The notes below the pieces were generated by a model that saw only the letters and a list, made by a program, of their open reading frames with translations, made no database searches and was not told the origin of the DNA. This document shows, one piece after another, positions 1 through 10,756 of a stretch of DNA of 64,000 nucleotides. The stretch is from Sulfurospirillum sp. (GTDB lineage Bacteria > Campylobacterota > Campylobacteria > Campylobacterales > Sulfurospirillaceae). Within the stretch, counting starts at the first letter, position 1, and each line of letters starts with the position of its first letter. The DNA lies in NCBI GenBank assembly GCA_016744795.1, contig JADGDR010000011.1:2770-66769 (forward strand), read 5' to 3'. The position numbers and the translations under genes were made by a program.

Positions 1-2
1 GC

Positions 3-353
3 TTAAAGTGCAGCTTTAGCTTGTTTTACAACTAATGCAAAAGCTTCTGGGTCGTTCATAGCCATATCTGCAAGGATTTTTCTATCCAATTCGATGTTAG
101 CTTTGTTTAAAGCATTTATAAAGCGAGAATAACTTATATCGTTTAATCTACAAGCAGCATTGATTCTAGTGATCCAAAGTCTTCTGAAATCTCTTTTCTT
201 GTTTCTTCTATCTCTGTATGCATATACTAGAGATCTTTCAATCTGCTCTTTCGCTTTTCTAAAGTGCTTTCTTCTACCACTATAGAAACCTTTTGCTAAT
301 TTTAATATTTTTTTATGACGTCTTCTTCTAACTACGCCTGTTTTTACTCTCAT
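3..353 (-). CDS. rplT: 50S ribosomal protein L20
   Basis: 116-aa ORF with ATG at 351-353 and TAA at 3-5. The basic N-terminus [23 protein letters not shown] and the [21 protein letters not shown] segment are typical of bL20. It sits in the conserved infC-rpmI-rplT order. Confidence 0.97.
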   Translation of the reverse strand: MRVKTGVVRRRRHKKILKLAKGFYSGRRKHFRKAKEQIERSLVYAYRDRRNKKRDFRRLWITRINAACRLNDISYSRFINALNKANIELDRKILADMAMNDPEAFALVVKQAKAAL

Positions 354-457
354 TTATGTCTCCTTGACCTTATTGGTGTCACATTTTGTGAACTTGCCCT
401 ATCTTTTGACAGGGGAACAATTAAATTAGTGTTTGAACACTAAAAAAACTTAAACTT

Positions 458-503
458 ACGCTTTTCCAAGCATACGTTTTACGCTTTTCCAAGCATACGT
501 TTT
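458..503. repeat. Perfect 23-bp tandem duplication (ACGCTTTTCCAAGCATACGTTTT x2) spanning the rpmI stop codon
   Basis: Positions 458-480 and 481-503 are identical when read directly. The unit encodes the last residues KRMLGKA plus the stop of rpmI on the minus strand. Confidence 0.9.
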
Positions 504-673
504 ACTCTTTTTAAATCACAACTATCGATAGTTTTATCTTCTTTAAGACCACGCATCTTTTTTGGTGATTTTTTAGTAAGAATGTGACTTCTAAACGCTG
601 CACCACGTTTTATGCTATTCTTTTTAACTTTAAAACGCTTTGCTGCACCACGTACCGTTTTCATTTTTGGCAT
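479..673 (-). CDS. rpmI: 50S ribosomal protein L35
   Basis: 64-aa ORF starting at ATG 671-673. [15 protein letters not shown] is the canonical bL35 N-terminus, and the gene lies between infC and rplT. Confidence 0.95.
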   Translation of the reverse strand: MPKMKTVRGAAKRFKVKKNSIKRGAAFRSHILTKKSPKKMRGLKEDKTIDSCDLKRVKRMLGKA

Positions 674-800
674 AGTAACTCCTTGTAAAAATTATTTCAT
701 TATTAGATAAAAGAGTGAGAATATTCCACTCATTCTGTCTAAGAAACTTGCGATTATAGCTTAAAGTTCCTTAAGATGGAGTAAAATAGGGTTATATATT

Positions 801-844
801 TGAGTACAGGCTACTTTTACTTTTGTAAAAGCAACCTGTACTCA
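801..844 (-). other. Long stem-loop between infC and rpmI (possible processing or regulatory structure)
   Basis: A 10-bp outer stem pairs TGAGTACAGG (801-810) with CCTGTACTCA (835-844). An inner 7-bp stem pairs CTTTTAC with GTAAAAG around a TTTT loop, with a 3x3 internal loop between the two stems. On the transcribed strand no U-tract follows, so it does not look like a simple terminator. Confidence 0.4.
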
Positions 845-848
845 GGTT

Positions 849-1367
849 TTATTTTTGCTTTGGTAAAGCAAGCATATTAACGTATCTACCTTCAAACTTT
901 GGAGGCTTATCACGAACTGCAAGATCTTCAACCATAGGCCAAACTCTTTCAAGTACAGCTTTACCAGCATCAGGATTTGCCATTTCACGACCACGTAAAA
1001 ATACTCTAAATTTCACATGTTTTCCAGCTTCTAAAAACTCTCTTGCATGTTTGATTTTATAGCTAATATCATTCTCAGCAATTTTAACTGAAAGCTTAAT
1101 TTCTTTTACTTCAATTACTTTTTGCTTCTTCTTAGCTTCTTTTTTCTTCTTCTCTTCTTGATACTTAAACTTACCGTAGTCCATGATTTTACAAACTGGT
1201 GGTTTTGCATCAGGAGCTATCAAAACTAAGTCTAAACCTAGCTCTTCAGATTTGTCCAATGCCTCGTCACGAGAGATGATACCGTACTGAGTACCGTCAT
1301 CACCTAAACATCTTACTTCTCTCGCCCTGATCTCATCATTGAGAACTGCGTCTTTCTTTTTACTCAA
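849..1367 (-). CDS. infC: Translation initiation factor IF-3
   Basis: 172-aa ORF with the IF-3 N- and C-domain signatures ([11 protein letters not shown]-like [17 protein letters not shown]; [17 protein letters not shown]). The start codon read from the sequence is TTG (1365-1367) and overlaps the thrS TGA. A non-ATG start is the rule for infC. Confidence 0.95.
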   Translation of the reverse strand: MSKKKDAVLNDEIRAREVRCLGDDGTQYGIISRDEALDKSEELGLDLVLIAPDAKPPVCKIMDYGKFKYQEEKKKKEAKKKQKVIEVKEIKLSVKIAENDISYKIKHAREFLEAGKHVKFRVFLRGREMANPDAGKAVLERVWPMVEDLAVRDKPPKFEGRYVNMLALPKQK

Positions 1368-3181
1368 AAGTGTACCTCATCAAGTTTTTCCTTTGTCAAC
1401 GATATAAATTCGTCTTTTGTTAGATTATACTGTTTTCTCTCTCTTCTGTCTCTTAAAGCAACAGTTTTTTGTTCAACTTCTTCGTCACCTATTACCAAAA
1501 TCATCGGAACACGCATTTTTTCAGCGTTTCTGATACGTTTGTTCAGACTCTCATTTTTCATAGAAATCTCTGAATCTATATCATTTTGAAGCAATTCTTG
1601 TGCCAATTCTTTAGCATAAGCTTGATGTGACTCGGCAATTGGAACAATTACAACTTGTGTTGGTGCAATGAAAAATGGAAATTCTCCAGCTGTATGCTCA
1701 ATGAGAATTCCTATGAATCTCTCAAATGAACCAAGAATAGCACGATGAAGCATAACTGGCCGAGCATGTTCATTATTTGCATCAACATAACTTAAATCAA
1801 ATCTTTCAGGTAAATTATAATCTACTTGGATTGTACTACATTGCCATTTTCTTTTAAGAGCATCTGTTATTTTAACATCAATCTTAGGACCATAAAATGC
1901 CCCACCACCCTCATCAATTTCATAAGAAATATCGTTTTCATCAAGTGCGTCTTTAAGACCTTGAGTCGCAGCTTCCCAAAAACTATCATCACCTATTGCT
2001 TTTTGAGGTTTTGTTGAAATCATAATTTCGTATTCAAATCCAAATGTTTTCATAATATCTTCAACAAAAGCCAACATTTCTATAACATTTTCTTTTATCT
2101 GTTCAGGTGTACAAAAAACATGTGCATCATCTTGAGTAAACTCTCGTACTCTAAAAAGACCATGCATAACCCCACTCATCTCATGACGGTGAACAACACC
2201 ATATTCAAAAAACTTTAGTGGTAAATCTCTATAACTTCTAACATCATTTTGATAAACTTTTATATGTCCAACACAGTTCATTGGTTTCATTCCGTACTCA
2301 GAACCATCAATTTCTGTAAAGTACATATTCTCACCATAGTTATCATAATGTCCACTTATTTTCCAAGCATCCGCTTTAAGTATTTCAGGACCACGAACTG
2401 GCTGATAACCTCTTAATCTATGTGCTTTATAAAGACGCTGTTCTAGTTTGCTTCTTAAACGACTACCATTTGTTAACCAAATAGGAAGTCCGGCCCCAAC
2501 TTCTTCATCAAAAGTAAATAGCTTAAGCTCATTTCCTAGTTTTCTATGATCTCTTTTTTTAGCCTGTTCAATCATTAAAGAGTATTCTTTAAGACTTACC
2601 TTATCTGCAAATGCAGTTCCATAAATACGAGTAAGCATTTCACGATTTTCATCGCCACCTAGATAAGCTCCAGCAACACGAGTAAGTTTAAAAAATCTTA
2701 GATATCTTGTGTTCGGAACATGAGGTCCACGACATAAATCTTCAAAATCACCTTGTTTATAAGTCGAAACTTCGCCATCAGGGATACGAAGAAGAACTTC
2801 TTGTTTTAAATCATCATCACTAAACTGTTCTAAAACTGCTTTTTTAGTTGTACAGGTTTTTTCTATCGGAAGTTTTTTCTTTGCAATCTCTTGCATCTTT
2901 TTCTCTATAGCTTTTAAATCTTCATCATTTATCTTTTCGCTTACACGAAAATCATAATAAAAACCATCTTCTATAACTGGTCCTACAAAAAACTTTACAT
3001 CAGGATATAGCTCTTTGATAGCTTGTGCCATCATATGCGCTGTTGAGTGACGAATTACATGTAAGGCATCATTAGAGTTGTCAAATAAAACTTCTTTAAA
3101 ATTAGATTGATTTTGTGAAGAAACGCTTTGTGTGTCAGTTAGAGTTACGCCATCTCTATAGGCGATAACTTCGTTTTGCAT
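1364..3181 (-). CDS. thrS: Threonine--tRNA ligase
   Basis: 605-aa ORF. It has the class II aaRS core ([21 protein letters not shown]), a TGS/second-additional-domain N-terminus ([10 protein letters not shown]) and a C-terminal anticodon-binding domain. Confidence 0.97.
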   Translation of the reverse strand: MQNEVIAYRDGVTLTDTQSVSSQNQSNFKEVLFDNSNDALHVIRHSTAHMMAQAIKELYPDVKFFVGPVIEDGFYYDFRVSEKINDEDLKAIEKKMQEIAKKKLPIEKTCTTKKAVLEQFSDDDLKQEVLLRIPDGEVSTYKQGDFEDLCRGPHVPNTRYLRFFKLTRVAGAYLGGDENREMLTRIYGTAFADKVSLKEYSLMIEQAKKRDHRKLGNELKLFTFDEEVGAGLPIWLTNGSRLRSKLEQRLYKAHRLRGYQPVRGPEILKADAWKISGHYDNYGENMYFTEIDGSEYGMKPMNCVGHIKVYQNDVRSYRDLPLKFFEYGVVHRHEMSGVMHGLFRVREFTQDDAHVFCTPEQIKENVIEMLAFVEDIMKTFGFEYEIMISTKPQKAIGDDSFWEAATQGLKDALDENDISYEIDEGGGAFYGPKIDVKITDALKRKWQCSTIQVDYNLPERFDLSYVDANNEHARPVMLHRAILGSFERFIGILIEHTAGEFPFFIAPTQVVIVPIAESHQAYAKELAQELLQNDIDSEISMKNESLNKRIRNAEKMRVPMILVIGDEEVEQKTVALRDRRERKQYNLTKDEFISLTKEKLDEVHF

Positions 3182-3228
3182 TTTAATCCTTTACTAATAG
3201 AACTCCCAAACAACGGAAGAACGAAATA

Positions 3229-3304
3229 TGGTGGCCACGATTGGACTTGAACCAACGACCACTACCATGTCAAGGTAGTGCTCTACCAACTGAGCTACGC
3301 GACC
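3229..3304 (-). tRNA. tRNA-Val (anticodon GAC)
   Basis: The reverse complement reads GGTCGCGTAGCTCAGTTGGTAGAGCACTACCTTGACATGGTAGTGGTCGTTGGTTCAAGTCCAATCGTGGCCACCA. It folds by eye into a cloverleaf with anticodon stem CTACC/GGTAG, loop TTGACAT, a GGTTCAAGTCC T-arm and an encoded CCA. Confidence 0.93.
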
Positions 3305-3350
3305 ATATATTTTAAAACGTGATGATACTTAAAAACAACATAAAAAAGGC

Positions 3351-5273
3351 TTAAATAATTAATTCTATATTAAACTGTGTCCCTTTTCCTAAAATACTTT
3401 TACATGCAATTGCACCATTAAACTTTCTTTTTACAATATTATATATTACATTTAGACCTAAACCACTCCCACCAAATTCTCTATTTGTTGTAAAAAAAGG
3501 ATTAAAAATTTTATCCATATTCTCTTCACTTATTCCTCTTCCATTATCTTTAATCTCAATTAATATCTTATTCTCTTCTTTCTTAGCATTTAGAAGTACT
3601 TCACCACTATCCTCTCTTTTAAAAGCATGATTTATGACATTCATAAAAAGATTTGTTATAATTTGTGAATATGCACCAGGATAACTATCTACATAGACAT
3701 CTTCACACTCTAAATTAAATACAATTTTTCTATTCTTAATAACATGTGTCAAACTAACTAAAATCTCTTTTGTATACGTTTTTAGATTAAAAGTTCTTTT
3801 TGCTTCACTAGTCTGATCAACTGAAATCTGTTTAAAACTTTTGACAAGTTCTGCTGATTTGTGTAAATTTGAAAATATCACTTCAGCTAAAGATTGTGAA
3901 TCTTCAAGATATTTTTCAAACTCTTCTTGTGATATGTTTTCATTTTTATAGTTGTTATTAATATTTTTAGTAATATCTAAAAAATGTGTAATACCAGTCA
4001 AACCAAGACCAATAGGAGTATTTATTTCATGTGAAACTCCAGCTACCAAACCACCTAATGCTGACATTTTTTCTGAATATACAAGTTGTTCTTGTGCTTT
4101 TTCTAAATTATCTATTGTTGATTTTAATTCCACTGTTCTATTTTCTACTTTTAACTCTAAGTTTTTTTCACTCTCTCTTAACTTTTTTTCTGCTTTTTTT
4201 CTTTTTTGAATATTTATTAAAAGAAATATTATAATTACTGAAAGAAGTATAACTATTCCCAATACTCCATATATCTCTTTTTTATACTCTTCGTAAAATG
4301 TTTTTTTGTAATTTATAAGAAAATAATCTTCTGGTAAATTTTCTACAAGAATATTGTGTTTTTTCATCTGTTTATAATCAAACATATATTTATTTGGGCT
4401 TTTATACAAAGTTTTTATTGTATTTATGTCTTCACCATAAATTACTCTTTTCGCTATATTTGCAGCTTCTTCTCCTTGATAATATCCACTCGTAAGATAT
4501 CCTCCTATAAGTCCATTACCAAAGTTTATATCCCAAAGTCCATAAAGAGGCAATTTAATAGTACTATTTAATCTTTTCACTAACTCATAATACTCATAAG
4601 TATCACCATAGCTGTCATTAAGAAAAACTGTTAGTAAAATTACTCCTTCTTTCCCTTTTAAAGATTTTTCTATCTCTTCGATACTATAACCTCTTAATAT
4701 ATGGTATCTAACCGTATCTTTAGGCATAATATCTAAAGCTCTTTTTATTTCTTTATTAATTATATTTCCTGTATTTGTCACATCGACTATTATATATACA
4801 TCTCTATTTTCAGGGTGAAGTTTTTTTATAAGTTCAAAATTCTTTAATAAATTAGGTTCTTCACTTACTCCAGCTGCATTATCGCACCCATATATATCAC
4901 TATTTTGAAGGCTATTTACCCCACAAAAGACCATTGGAACATCTTTAAAAATCTCTTCTCTATAAAATTTTAAAAAACTAAAGGCATTATTATCTATAGC
5001 TATAATCACATCAAATTTTGTATCTTTATATTTGTCTTTATATAATGGAATTAAATTTTGAAAGTTATCTGCACTGTGGTATCTTTTTGTATCCATATAC
5101 TCAATATGTACTTCATATTTATCTGTATTAAATACCGAGTTTATTCCTTTTTGTACTTTATTAGTCCAACTATATGCTTGGCTATAAGAGTGAAGTATAA
5201 GTATCCGTTTTAAAGATGGCATAGAAAAAACCATAGTATGTAATAAAAACAATACACACACAACTTTAAACAC
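3351..5273 (-). CDS. Sensor histidine kinase with a periplasmic ABC-substrate-binding-like domain
   Basis: 640 aa with a GTG start. It has an N-terminal signal/TM segment, a ~300-aa periplasmic domain, a second TM (VLGIVILLSVIIIFLLI), a coiled coil, an H-box (VSHEINTPIG) and N/G boxes (NLFMNVINHA, DNGRGI, GGSGLGL). Confidence 0.85.
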   Translation of the reverse strand: MFKVVCVLFLLHTMVFSMPSLKRILILHSYSQAYSWTNKVQKGINSVFNTDKYEVHIEYMDTKRYHSADNFQNLIPLYKDKYKDTKFDVIIAIDNNAFSFLKFYREEIFKDVPMVFCGVNSLQNSDIYGCDNAAGVSEEPNLLKNFELIKKLHPENRDVYIIVDVTNTGNIINKEIKRALDIMPKDTVRYHILRGYSIEEIEKSLKGKEGVILLTVFLNDSYGDTYEYYELVKRLNSTIKLPLYGLWDINFGNGLIGGYLTSGYYQGEEAANIAKRVIYGEDINTIKTLYKSPNKYMFDYKQMKKHNILVENLPEDYFLINYKKTFYEEYKKEIYGVLGIVILLSVIIIFLLINIQKRKKAEKKLRESEKNLELKVENRTVELKSTIDNLEKAQEQLVYSEKMSALGGLVAGVSHEINTPIGLGLTGITHFLDITKNINNNYKNENISQEEFEKYLEDSQSLAEVIFSNLHKSAELVKSFKQISVDQTSEAKRTFNLKTYTKEILVSLTHVIKNRKIVFNLECEDVYVDSYPGAYSQIITNLFMNVINHAFKREDSGEVLLNAKKEENKILIEIKDNGRGISEENMDKIFNPFFTTNREFGGSGLGLNVIYNIVKRKFNGAIACKSILGKGTQFNIELII

Positions 5274-5397
5274 TTCATATCCTTTGTAAATTACAATAAT
5301 ATTAACATAATTCTGGATAAAATAAAAAAAAATACAACAACAGTAAGATAAATTCTAGTCTAAAGAGTATATATTACACACATCTTAAAAAGAAGAC

Positions 5398-5850
5398 TTA
5401 ACCCTTAAAATCTTTAGATTTCCAATACGAAATTATAAGTATCAAAATAACAGAAAAGTTTATCATCACGTCAGCAAAATTAAACACTGCAAAACTAAAC
5501 CATTTATGCCAATAAAAGTAATCAACTACCCCACCATGAATAAATCTATCATAAAGATTACTGCACCCTGCTCCAAGTATAATTCCTGCTGGTAAAGAGT
5601 ACGTTTTAAAAACATCTCTATTAAATACCAAATAAATCAAAACTCCGCATAACAGAGCAACCTGAATATACTTAAGATTACCTTCTAAAAAAGAGAGCAT
5701 CGAGAATGCAACTCCTTTATTATATGTCAATATTAACGAAAAATAATCACCATACCACCTGAAACCTTCTAAAAAGATGGTTTTCAGATTTTGGTCAATA
5801 ATAAAAACACCTATAATAGCTAAAAGAAAAACTACTAACGATTTAACCAT
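5398..5850 (-). CDS. lspA: Lipoprotein signal peptidase (signal peptidase II)
   Basis: 150 aa with four TM segments and conserved LspA motifs ([20 protein letters not shown]). Its start overlaps the glmM stop. Confidence 0.9.
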   Translation of the reverse strand: MVKSLVVFLLAIIGVFIIDQNLKTIFLEGFRWYGDYFSLILTYNKGVAFSMLSFLEGNLKYIQVALLCGVLIYLVFNRDVFKTYSLPAGIILGAGCSNLYDRFIHGGVVDYFYWHKWFSFAVFNFADVMINFSVILILIISYWKSKDFKG

Positions 5851-7186
5851 TAAGCCTACTTTGAAGAAGCACCGTAACCTCTTGCATCATCTTTGCTAAT
5901 TGCTCTTCATTTTTCCCCTCTAGAAGTATACGCAGAAGGTTTTCAGTTCCTGAATAACGTATAAGTACTCTTATATTAAGTTTTTCTATTTTTTTAACTA
6001 ACTGTGTATATCCTTCAATCTTTTCAAGAGGTACTTTTTTCCCTACACTTAGGTTTTTTTGAAGTTGTGGATAAAGTTCAAATGGATTTAGAAGTTTGCT
6101 AACAGACTCTTTTTTTGTTAGTAAGTTTGCCATGACAGCAAGTGCAGCTACAAGAGCATCACCAGTTTTAGCAAAATCTGCAAGTATGATATGACCACTT
6201 TGTTCACCTCCAAAATTCAATCCCTCTTTTCTAAAAGTTTCAAGAATATACTTATCACCAACACTACATCTCAATAAATCTATGCCATTTGCATTTAGAT
6301 AGTCTTCTAGTGCTTGGTTGCTCATAACTGTTGCAACTGAACTATTTTTTTGTAATTTTCCATTCTCTTTTAGATACACACTTAGTGCTCCTATAAGTTT
6401 ATCGCCATGAATAACATCTCCATTTTCATCCACTACAACAAGTCTATCAGCATCACCATCAAATGCAAAACCTACATCTGCCCTTAGTTTTCTAACCTGT
6501 TCACCTAAGTTTTCAGGGTGAAGTGCTCCACAATTTAGATTTATATTGCTTCCATTTGGCTGATCATTTAATAAAACCACGTCAGCTCCAAGCTCACTAA
6601 ATATAGTTGGGGCTACTTTGTATGCCGCTCCATTGGCAGTATCTAAAACAACTCTAAATCCATGAAGCGTCAAGTTTTTTGGAAAAGAGTTTTTGATGTG
6701 CACAATATAACGACCGATAACATCATCAATACGCTTAGATCTCCCTATGCCAAAATCCTCTTTTTGATTCTCTTCAATCAACTCATCGCTATTATATATC
6801 TTTTCGATTTCAGCTTCTGCTTTTTCATTTAGCTTATTACCTTGTCCATCAAAAAACTTTACCCCATTGTCATAATATGGATTATGTGAAGCACTTATCA
6901 TGATTCCAGCATCGCATCTAAGGTCTTCTGTTAAAAAAGCTATTGCGGGAGTTGGCATAGGTCCAATTTGTCTTACATCATAACCAACAGCTGTTAATCC
7001 TGAGACAATAGCATTTTCTATCATATATCCACTTCTTCTTGTATCTTTTCCTACTATAATTTTATTATTTATTGAATTTTTACGAAAATATATCCCTGCT
7101 GCCATTGCTAGACGCATTGCATTCATAGCATTTAATTTTTTTCCAGCTCTTCCTCTTACACCATCAGTTCCAAAAAGTTTATTCAT
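5843..7186 (-). CDS. glmM: Phosphoglucosamine mutase
   Basis: 447 aa. It has the FGTDGVRG N-terminus, the active-site loop [15 protein letters not shown] and the metal loop FDGDADR. Confidence 0.95.
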   Translation of the reverse strand: MNKLFGTDGVRGRAGKKLNAMNAMRLAMAAGIYFRKNSINNKIIVGKDTRRSGYMIENAIVSGLTAVGYDVRQIGPMPTPAIAFLTEDLRCDAGIMISASHNPYYDNGVKFFDGQGNKLNEKAEAEIEKIYNSDELIEENQKEDFGIGRSKRIDDVIGRYIVHIKNSFPKNLTLHGFRVVLDTANGAAYKVAPTIFSELGADVVLLNDQPNGSNINLNCGALHPENLGEQVRKLRADVGFAFDGDADRLVVVDENGDVIHGDKLIGALSVYLKENGKLQKNSSVATVMSNQALEDYLNANGIDLLRCSVGDKYILETFRKEGLNFGGEQSGHIILADFAKTGDALVAALAVMANLLTKKESVSKLLNPFELYPQLQKNLSVGKKVPLEKIEGYTQLVKKIEKLNIRVLIRYSGTENLLRILLEGKNEEQLAKMMQEVTVLLQSRLNG

Positions 7187-7195
7187 TATTTTTCC

Positions 7196-7203
7196 TACAT
7201 GTA
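7196..7203. repeat. Intergenic copy of the iterated palindrome TACATGTA
   Basis: CCTACATGTAAAG read directly, 10 nt upstream of the glmM ATG and overlapping its AGGAAA ribosome-binding region on the minus strand. Confidence 0.8.
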
Positions 7204-7287
7204 AAGATTTTTGAAATTATAGCACAATAACTACAATATTTTTATAAAATGATACTTAAAATAAGGACGGTTTAATAATTACTTCTG

Positions 7288-7293
7288 TATAAT
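7288..7293 (+). promoter_or_regulatory. Candidate -10 box (TATAAT, preceded by TG) for rpsT
   Basis: CTGTATAAT lies 33 nt upstream of the rpsT ATG in an AT-rich intergenic region. This is a sequence match only. Confidence 0.35.
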
Positions 7294-7325
7294 CAATGCC
7301 TAAATTTTAAACGAAAGGCTTAGCG

Positions 7326-7592
7326 ATGGCTAACCATAAATCAGCGGAAAAACGCGCAAGACAAACACTAGTAAGAACAGAAAGAAATAGATTTTATAAG
7401 ACAAGAATTAAAAATCTAACTAAAGCTGTTAGAGTTGCAGTAGAAGCAGGCGATAAAGAAGCAGCAACAGTTGCACTTAAAGACGTAAACAAAAGTTTTC
7501 ACTCATATGCTACAAAAGGTATATTAAAGAAAAATACTGCTGCACGTCGTATCAGTAGACTATCTAAATTAGTTAACACAGTAGCTGCGTAA
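7326..7592 (+). CDS. rpsT: 30S ribosomal protein S20
   Basis: 88 aa. [13 protein letters not shown] is the canonical bS20 N-terminus. Confidence 0.95.
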   Translation: MANHKSAEKRARQTLVRTERNRFYKTRIKNLTKAVRVAVEAGDKEAATVALKDVNKSFHSYATKGILKKNTAARRISRLSKLVNTVAA

Positions 7593-7615
7593 TTCACGCG
7601 GCTTCCCTTTTTTTT
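7583..7615 (+). terminator. Possible intrinsic terminator after rpsT
   Basis: A 7-bp stem pairs AGCTGCG with CGCGGCT (one G-U pair) around the loop TAATTCA. A run of 8 T follows 4 nt downstream (7608-7615). Confidence 0.45.
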
Positions 7616-7643
7616 ACACCACACCTCTTTTTGAAAGACTCCT

Positions 7644-8711
7644 ATGTTAAAAGATAAACTTCAACCATTTCTAAATAGATATGATGAAATCAGTAAACTT
7701 CTTAGTGACCCAGATATCGCAACTAATATAAAAAAAATGACAGACCTATCTAAAGAACAATCTAATATAGAACCTGTTAGAGATAAAGCCATAGAGTATA
7801 TCGAGACTATAGAAGGCATAGAAGAAAATAAAATGCTTTTAGATGATGATGAATTAGGTGAACTTGCAAAAGAAGAACTTAAAGAACTTGAACCTCTAAA
7901 AATTCAAATTGAAGAAGATATTAAAGTACTTCTGCTTCCAAAAAATCCAAATGATGACAGAAATATATTTTTAGAGATTCGCGCAGGAACTGGTGGAGAT
8001 GAAGCAGCTCTTTTTGTAGCAGATATTTTTAAAGCATATGTTAGATATGCAGAAAACATGGGTTGGAAAGTCGAGATAGTAAGTTCTAGTGAGGGCGTAC
8101 TTGATGGATATAAAGAGATGATTGCTATCATAAAAGGACAAGGTGCTTATTCAAAACTCAAATATGAGGGTGGGGTTCATCGTGTTCAAAGAGTTCCAAA
8201 GACTGAATCTCAAGGAAGAGTTCATACTTCTGCTATAACAGTTGCTGTTATGCCAGAAGTTGATGACGTAGAAGTAAATATAGACCCTAAAGATTTAAAA
8301 ATTGATGTGATGAGAGCATCAGGAAATGGTGGACAATCAGTAAATACCACCGATAGTGCTGTAAGAGTTACTCACATTCCAAGTGGACTTGTTGTAACTA
8401 ATCAAGATGGGAAAAGCCAGCATAAAAATAAAGATGCTGCGATGAAGATTTTAAAAGCTCGTCTATTTGATAAGCAAGAAAAAGAGAGAAACTCAAAACT
8501 AAGTAAAGAGAGAAAAACTCAAGTAGGCTCAGGTGATAGAAGTGGAAGAATTAGAACCTACAACTATCCACAAAATAGAATCTCAGATCATAGAATAAAT
8601 TTAACACTATATAGACTAGATGCTATCATGGAGGGTGGACTACTTAATGAAATCATTGACCCATTAATAGCAAATGCTCAATCTGAAGCGATGAGTGCAG
8701 CAGGGTTATAA
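7644..8711 (+). CDS. prfA: Peptide chain release factor 1
   Basis: 355 aa with the GGQ motif ([16 protein letters not shown]), a PxT-type recognition region ([17 protein letters not shown]) and a typical RF1 length. Confidence 0.97.
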   Translation: MLKDKLQPFLNRYDEISKLLSDPDIATNIKKMTDLSKEQSNIEPVRDKAIEYIETIEGIEENKMLLDDDELGELAKEELKELEPLKIQIEEDIKVLLLPKNPNDDRNIFLEIRAGTGGDEAALFVADIFKAYVRYAENMGWKVEIVSSSEGVLDGYKEMIAIIKGQGAYSKLKYEGGVHRVQRVPKTESQGRVHTSAITVAVMPEVDDVEVNIDPKDLKIDVMRASGNGGQSVNTTDSAVRVTHIPSGLVVTNQDGKSQHKNKDAAMKILKARLFDKQEKERNSKLSKERKTQVGSGDRSGRIRTYNYPQNRISDHRINLTLYRLDAIMEGGLLNEIIDPLIANAQSEAMSAAGL

Positions 8712-9449
8712 TAAGCCCTTTATCTTCTGCTTCTCCACCATATCATAATATAAAAGATGATGTTCTTTCATCATCTTATGAAGCATATTCACATACTTTT
8801 CTCTAAGTTCAGAGTAGTTTACCATAGTATCAGCAGCTTCATATCCTGTAATAATCTTCCCCTCTTCTCTTTTTTGTAATCTTGCTTTTCTAAAGTTCTT
8901 ATATGCATAGTGTCTATTTAAATTTAACACATAGGCATCAACAGAGTTTTGCATGGTATTAAAAATACGTATTTTATGTGTTTTACCCTCTGTTCTACCT
9001 AGTGGAACGAGTCCAACCTCTCCCCAGGTCCAATGACCAAAAATATTGTTAGCTTCTCGCACAAAACGGCTTTTACCCCATCCACTCTCAATAGCACCTT
9101 GCACAAGAGAGAGAGGAACAGGTACACTATCTACTCTTTCGAGGTAGGTATCTCTATCAAATATATTTTTAACTCTATATTTTTTTGAAATAATCACAAG
9201 CTTTTTCAAATCATTAGGATTTAAAAAACGAAAACCTCCAAGAAGGGCTTTATTGAAAAAGTTTTTTATAAAAACTCTCTCTTTCATTGTTTTTTCATTA
9301 CTTTTATCAATTAATGGTTTTAATATATTGATAAATTCTCTTTTTTGTGTTTTTCCATTTAATTTATAATATGAATCTGGAAAACCTTTTCCAAAAAGTA
9401 AAACTGAACCACACGTAAGTCCGATTATGATTTTATATATTGGTTTCAA
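8706..9449 (-). CDS. Glucosaminidase-domain (Bax-like) exported protein
   Basis: 247 aa with a TTG start and a signal-like N-terminus. The segment [13 protein letters not shown]...NNIFG matches the mannosyl-glycoprotein endo-beta-N-acetylglucosaminidase/Bax (COG2992) signature. Confidence 0.7.
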   Translation of the reverse strand: MKPIYKIIIGLTCGSVLLFGKGFPDSYYKLNGKTQKREFINILKPLIDKSNEKTMKERVFIKNFFNKALLGGFRFLNPNDLKKLVIISKKYRVKNIFDRDTYLERVDSVPVPLSLVQGAIESGWGKSRFVREANNIFGHWTWGEVGLVPLGRTEGKTHKIRIFNTMQNSVDAYVLNLNRHYAYKNFRKARLQKREEGKIITGYEAADTMVNYSELREKYVNMLHKMMKEHHLLYYDMVEKQKIKGLL

Positions 9450-10170
9450 AAACTTTTTTCACCTTACCTTTAAAAAATAACCGCTCCCCAGCAATTCTTA
9501 AATTTACCTCTTCTTTACTCGTTGGATATACTTTTGAGTTATCTCCAACAAAACCATCTACATGTAAAGAGTAAAAACAAGCCGCCATGCCCGTACCACA
9601 TGCACCAGTTTCATCTTCCACGCCACGTTCATAAGTTCTTACATGTAAAGAAGTTCCATCATTCAAAACAAAATTTACATTTGCATTATACTTATGTCTC
9701 ATCTTTGAAGCTAACTCTTTATCATACTCATCCAAACTCTCTACGACACTAACAAGATGAGGAACACCTGTGTCATAAAAGCTCCACTCTCTTCCCATAT
9801 CTGTAAATTTGTCTGCTAACATTAAAACTTCTGTTAACTCTGATTCTACTATATTGCCATCGACTAAAGAGCTTATCAAACCGGCATCAGTTAAAAATTT
9901 CATATCACTGTTAGCTAATCCATTAGCAAACGCATAATGAGCACAAGCACGAGATCCATTACCACACATTGCGGCCTGACTTCCATCACTGTTATAAAAA
10001 AGCCATTTAAAATCAGCCTTATCACTAGGAACAAGGACTATAAGTCCATCAGCTCCTACACCATTTTGTCTATGGCATAACTCCACTGCTAGTGCACTGT
10101 AATCTTGGTCTTTAAATGTATGGAAAATAACAAAATCATTTCCACTCGCGTTATACTTTGATACCTGCAT
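9433..10170 (-). CDS. dapF: Diaminopimelate epimerase
   Basis: 245 aa. It has ASGNDFV at the N-terminus and both catalytic Cys motifs (MCGNGSRA and GACGTGMAA). Confidence 0.93.
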   Translation of the reverse strand: MQVSKYNASGNDFVIFHTFKDQDYSALAVELCHRQNGVGADGLIVLVPSDKADFKWLFYNSDGSQAAMCGNGSRACAHYAFANGLANSDMKFLTDAGLISSLVDGNIVESELTEVLMLADKFTDMGREWSFYDTGVPHLVSVVESLDEYDKELASKMRHKYNANVNFVLNDGTSLHVRTYERGVEDETGACGTGMAACFYSLHVDGFVGDNSKVYPTSKEEVNLRIAGERLFFKGKVKKVFETNI

Positions 10171-10756
10171 ACTGCCCTCTTATATACTCTACAAACTTTT
10201 CTACTTCATTTTGTAGGTGTTTTAAATCAAATGAGTTATCTACAACCCAGTCTGCCATCTCTTTTTTTTTGTCTATGTCTATTTGTGCATTTACTCTTTT
10301 ATTCGCCTCATCTAAGCTAAATCCTTCACGATTTATTAGACGATCTAATTGTATATTTTTTGGAGTATAGACCACCATACTCATTTTACACTCATAATCT
10401 CCACTCTCAAAAAACAGAGGAATATCCATAAGATATGGAAGCTCAAACTTCTCTTTTAGTTTTGCTTGTCTATTTATCTCTGCTCTTACTTTTGGATGAA
10501 TCAAAGTATTTAGTTTCTCTCTTTGAGTAGATGAAGAAAAAATAATATTTGCTAGCTTTTTTCTATCTACCTCATTTACATCAAAAATCTCATCACCAAA
10601 TATTTCTCTTAGTTCACCCTTGCTTACTTCAAGTTGCTCTTTTGCAATCACATCTGCATCAATAACACTAAAGCCATGCATCTTTAAAAGTGAACAGACT
10701 GTACTCTTTCCAGTTGCAATTCCTCCGGTCATAACATAAGCGTGATTAAGTTTCAT
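10151..10756 (-). CDS. coaE: Dephospho-CoA kinase
   Basis: 201 aa with P-loop GGIATGKST, CoaE-like length and the IHP motif (LIHPKV). Confidence 0.9.
   Translation of the reverse strand: MKLNHAYVMTGGIATGKSTVCSLLKMHGFSVIDADVIAKEQLEVSKGELREIFGDEIFDVNEVDRKKLANIIFSSSTQREKLNTLIHPKVRAEINRQAKLKEKFELPYLMDIPLFFESGDYECKMSMVVYTPKNIQLDRLINREGFSLDEANKRVNAQIDIDKKKEMADWVVDNSFDLKHLQNEVEKFVEYIRGQYAGIKV

Noticed and set aside
430-444. Palindrome AGTGTT-TG-AACACT in the rpmI-rplT spacer, considered as a hairpin or terminator.
   Set aside because: A two-nucleotide loop is sterically implausible for an RNA hairpin and no U-tract follows. It may be a protein-binding palindrome, but there is no supporting evidence.
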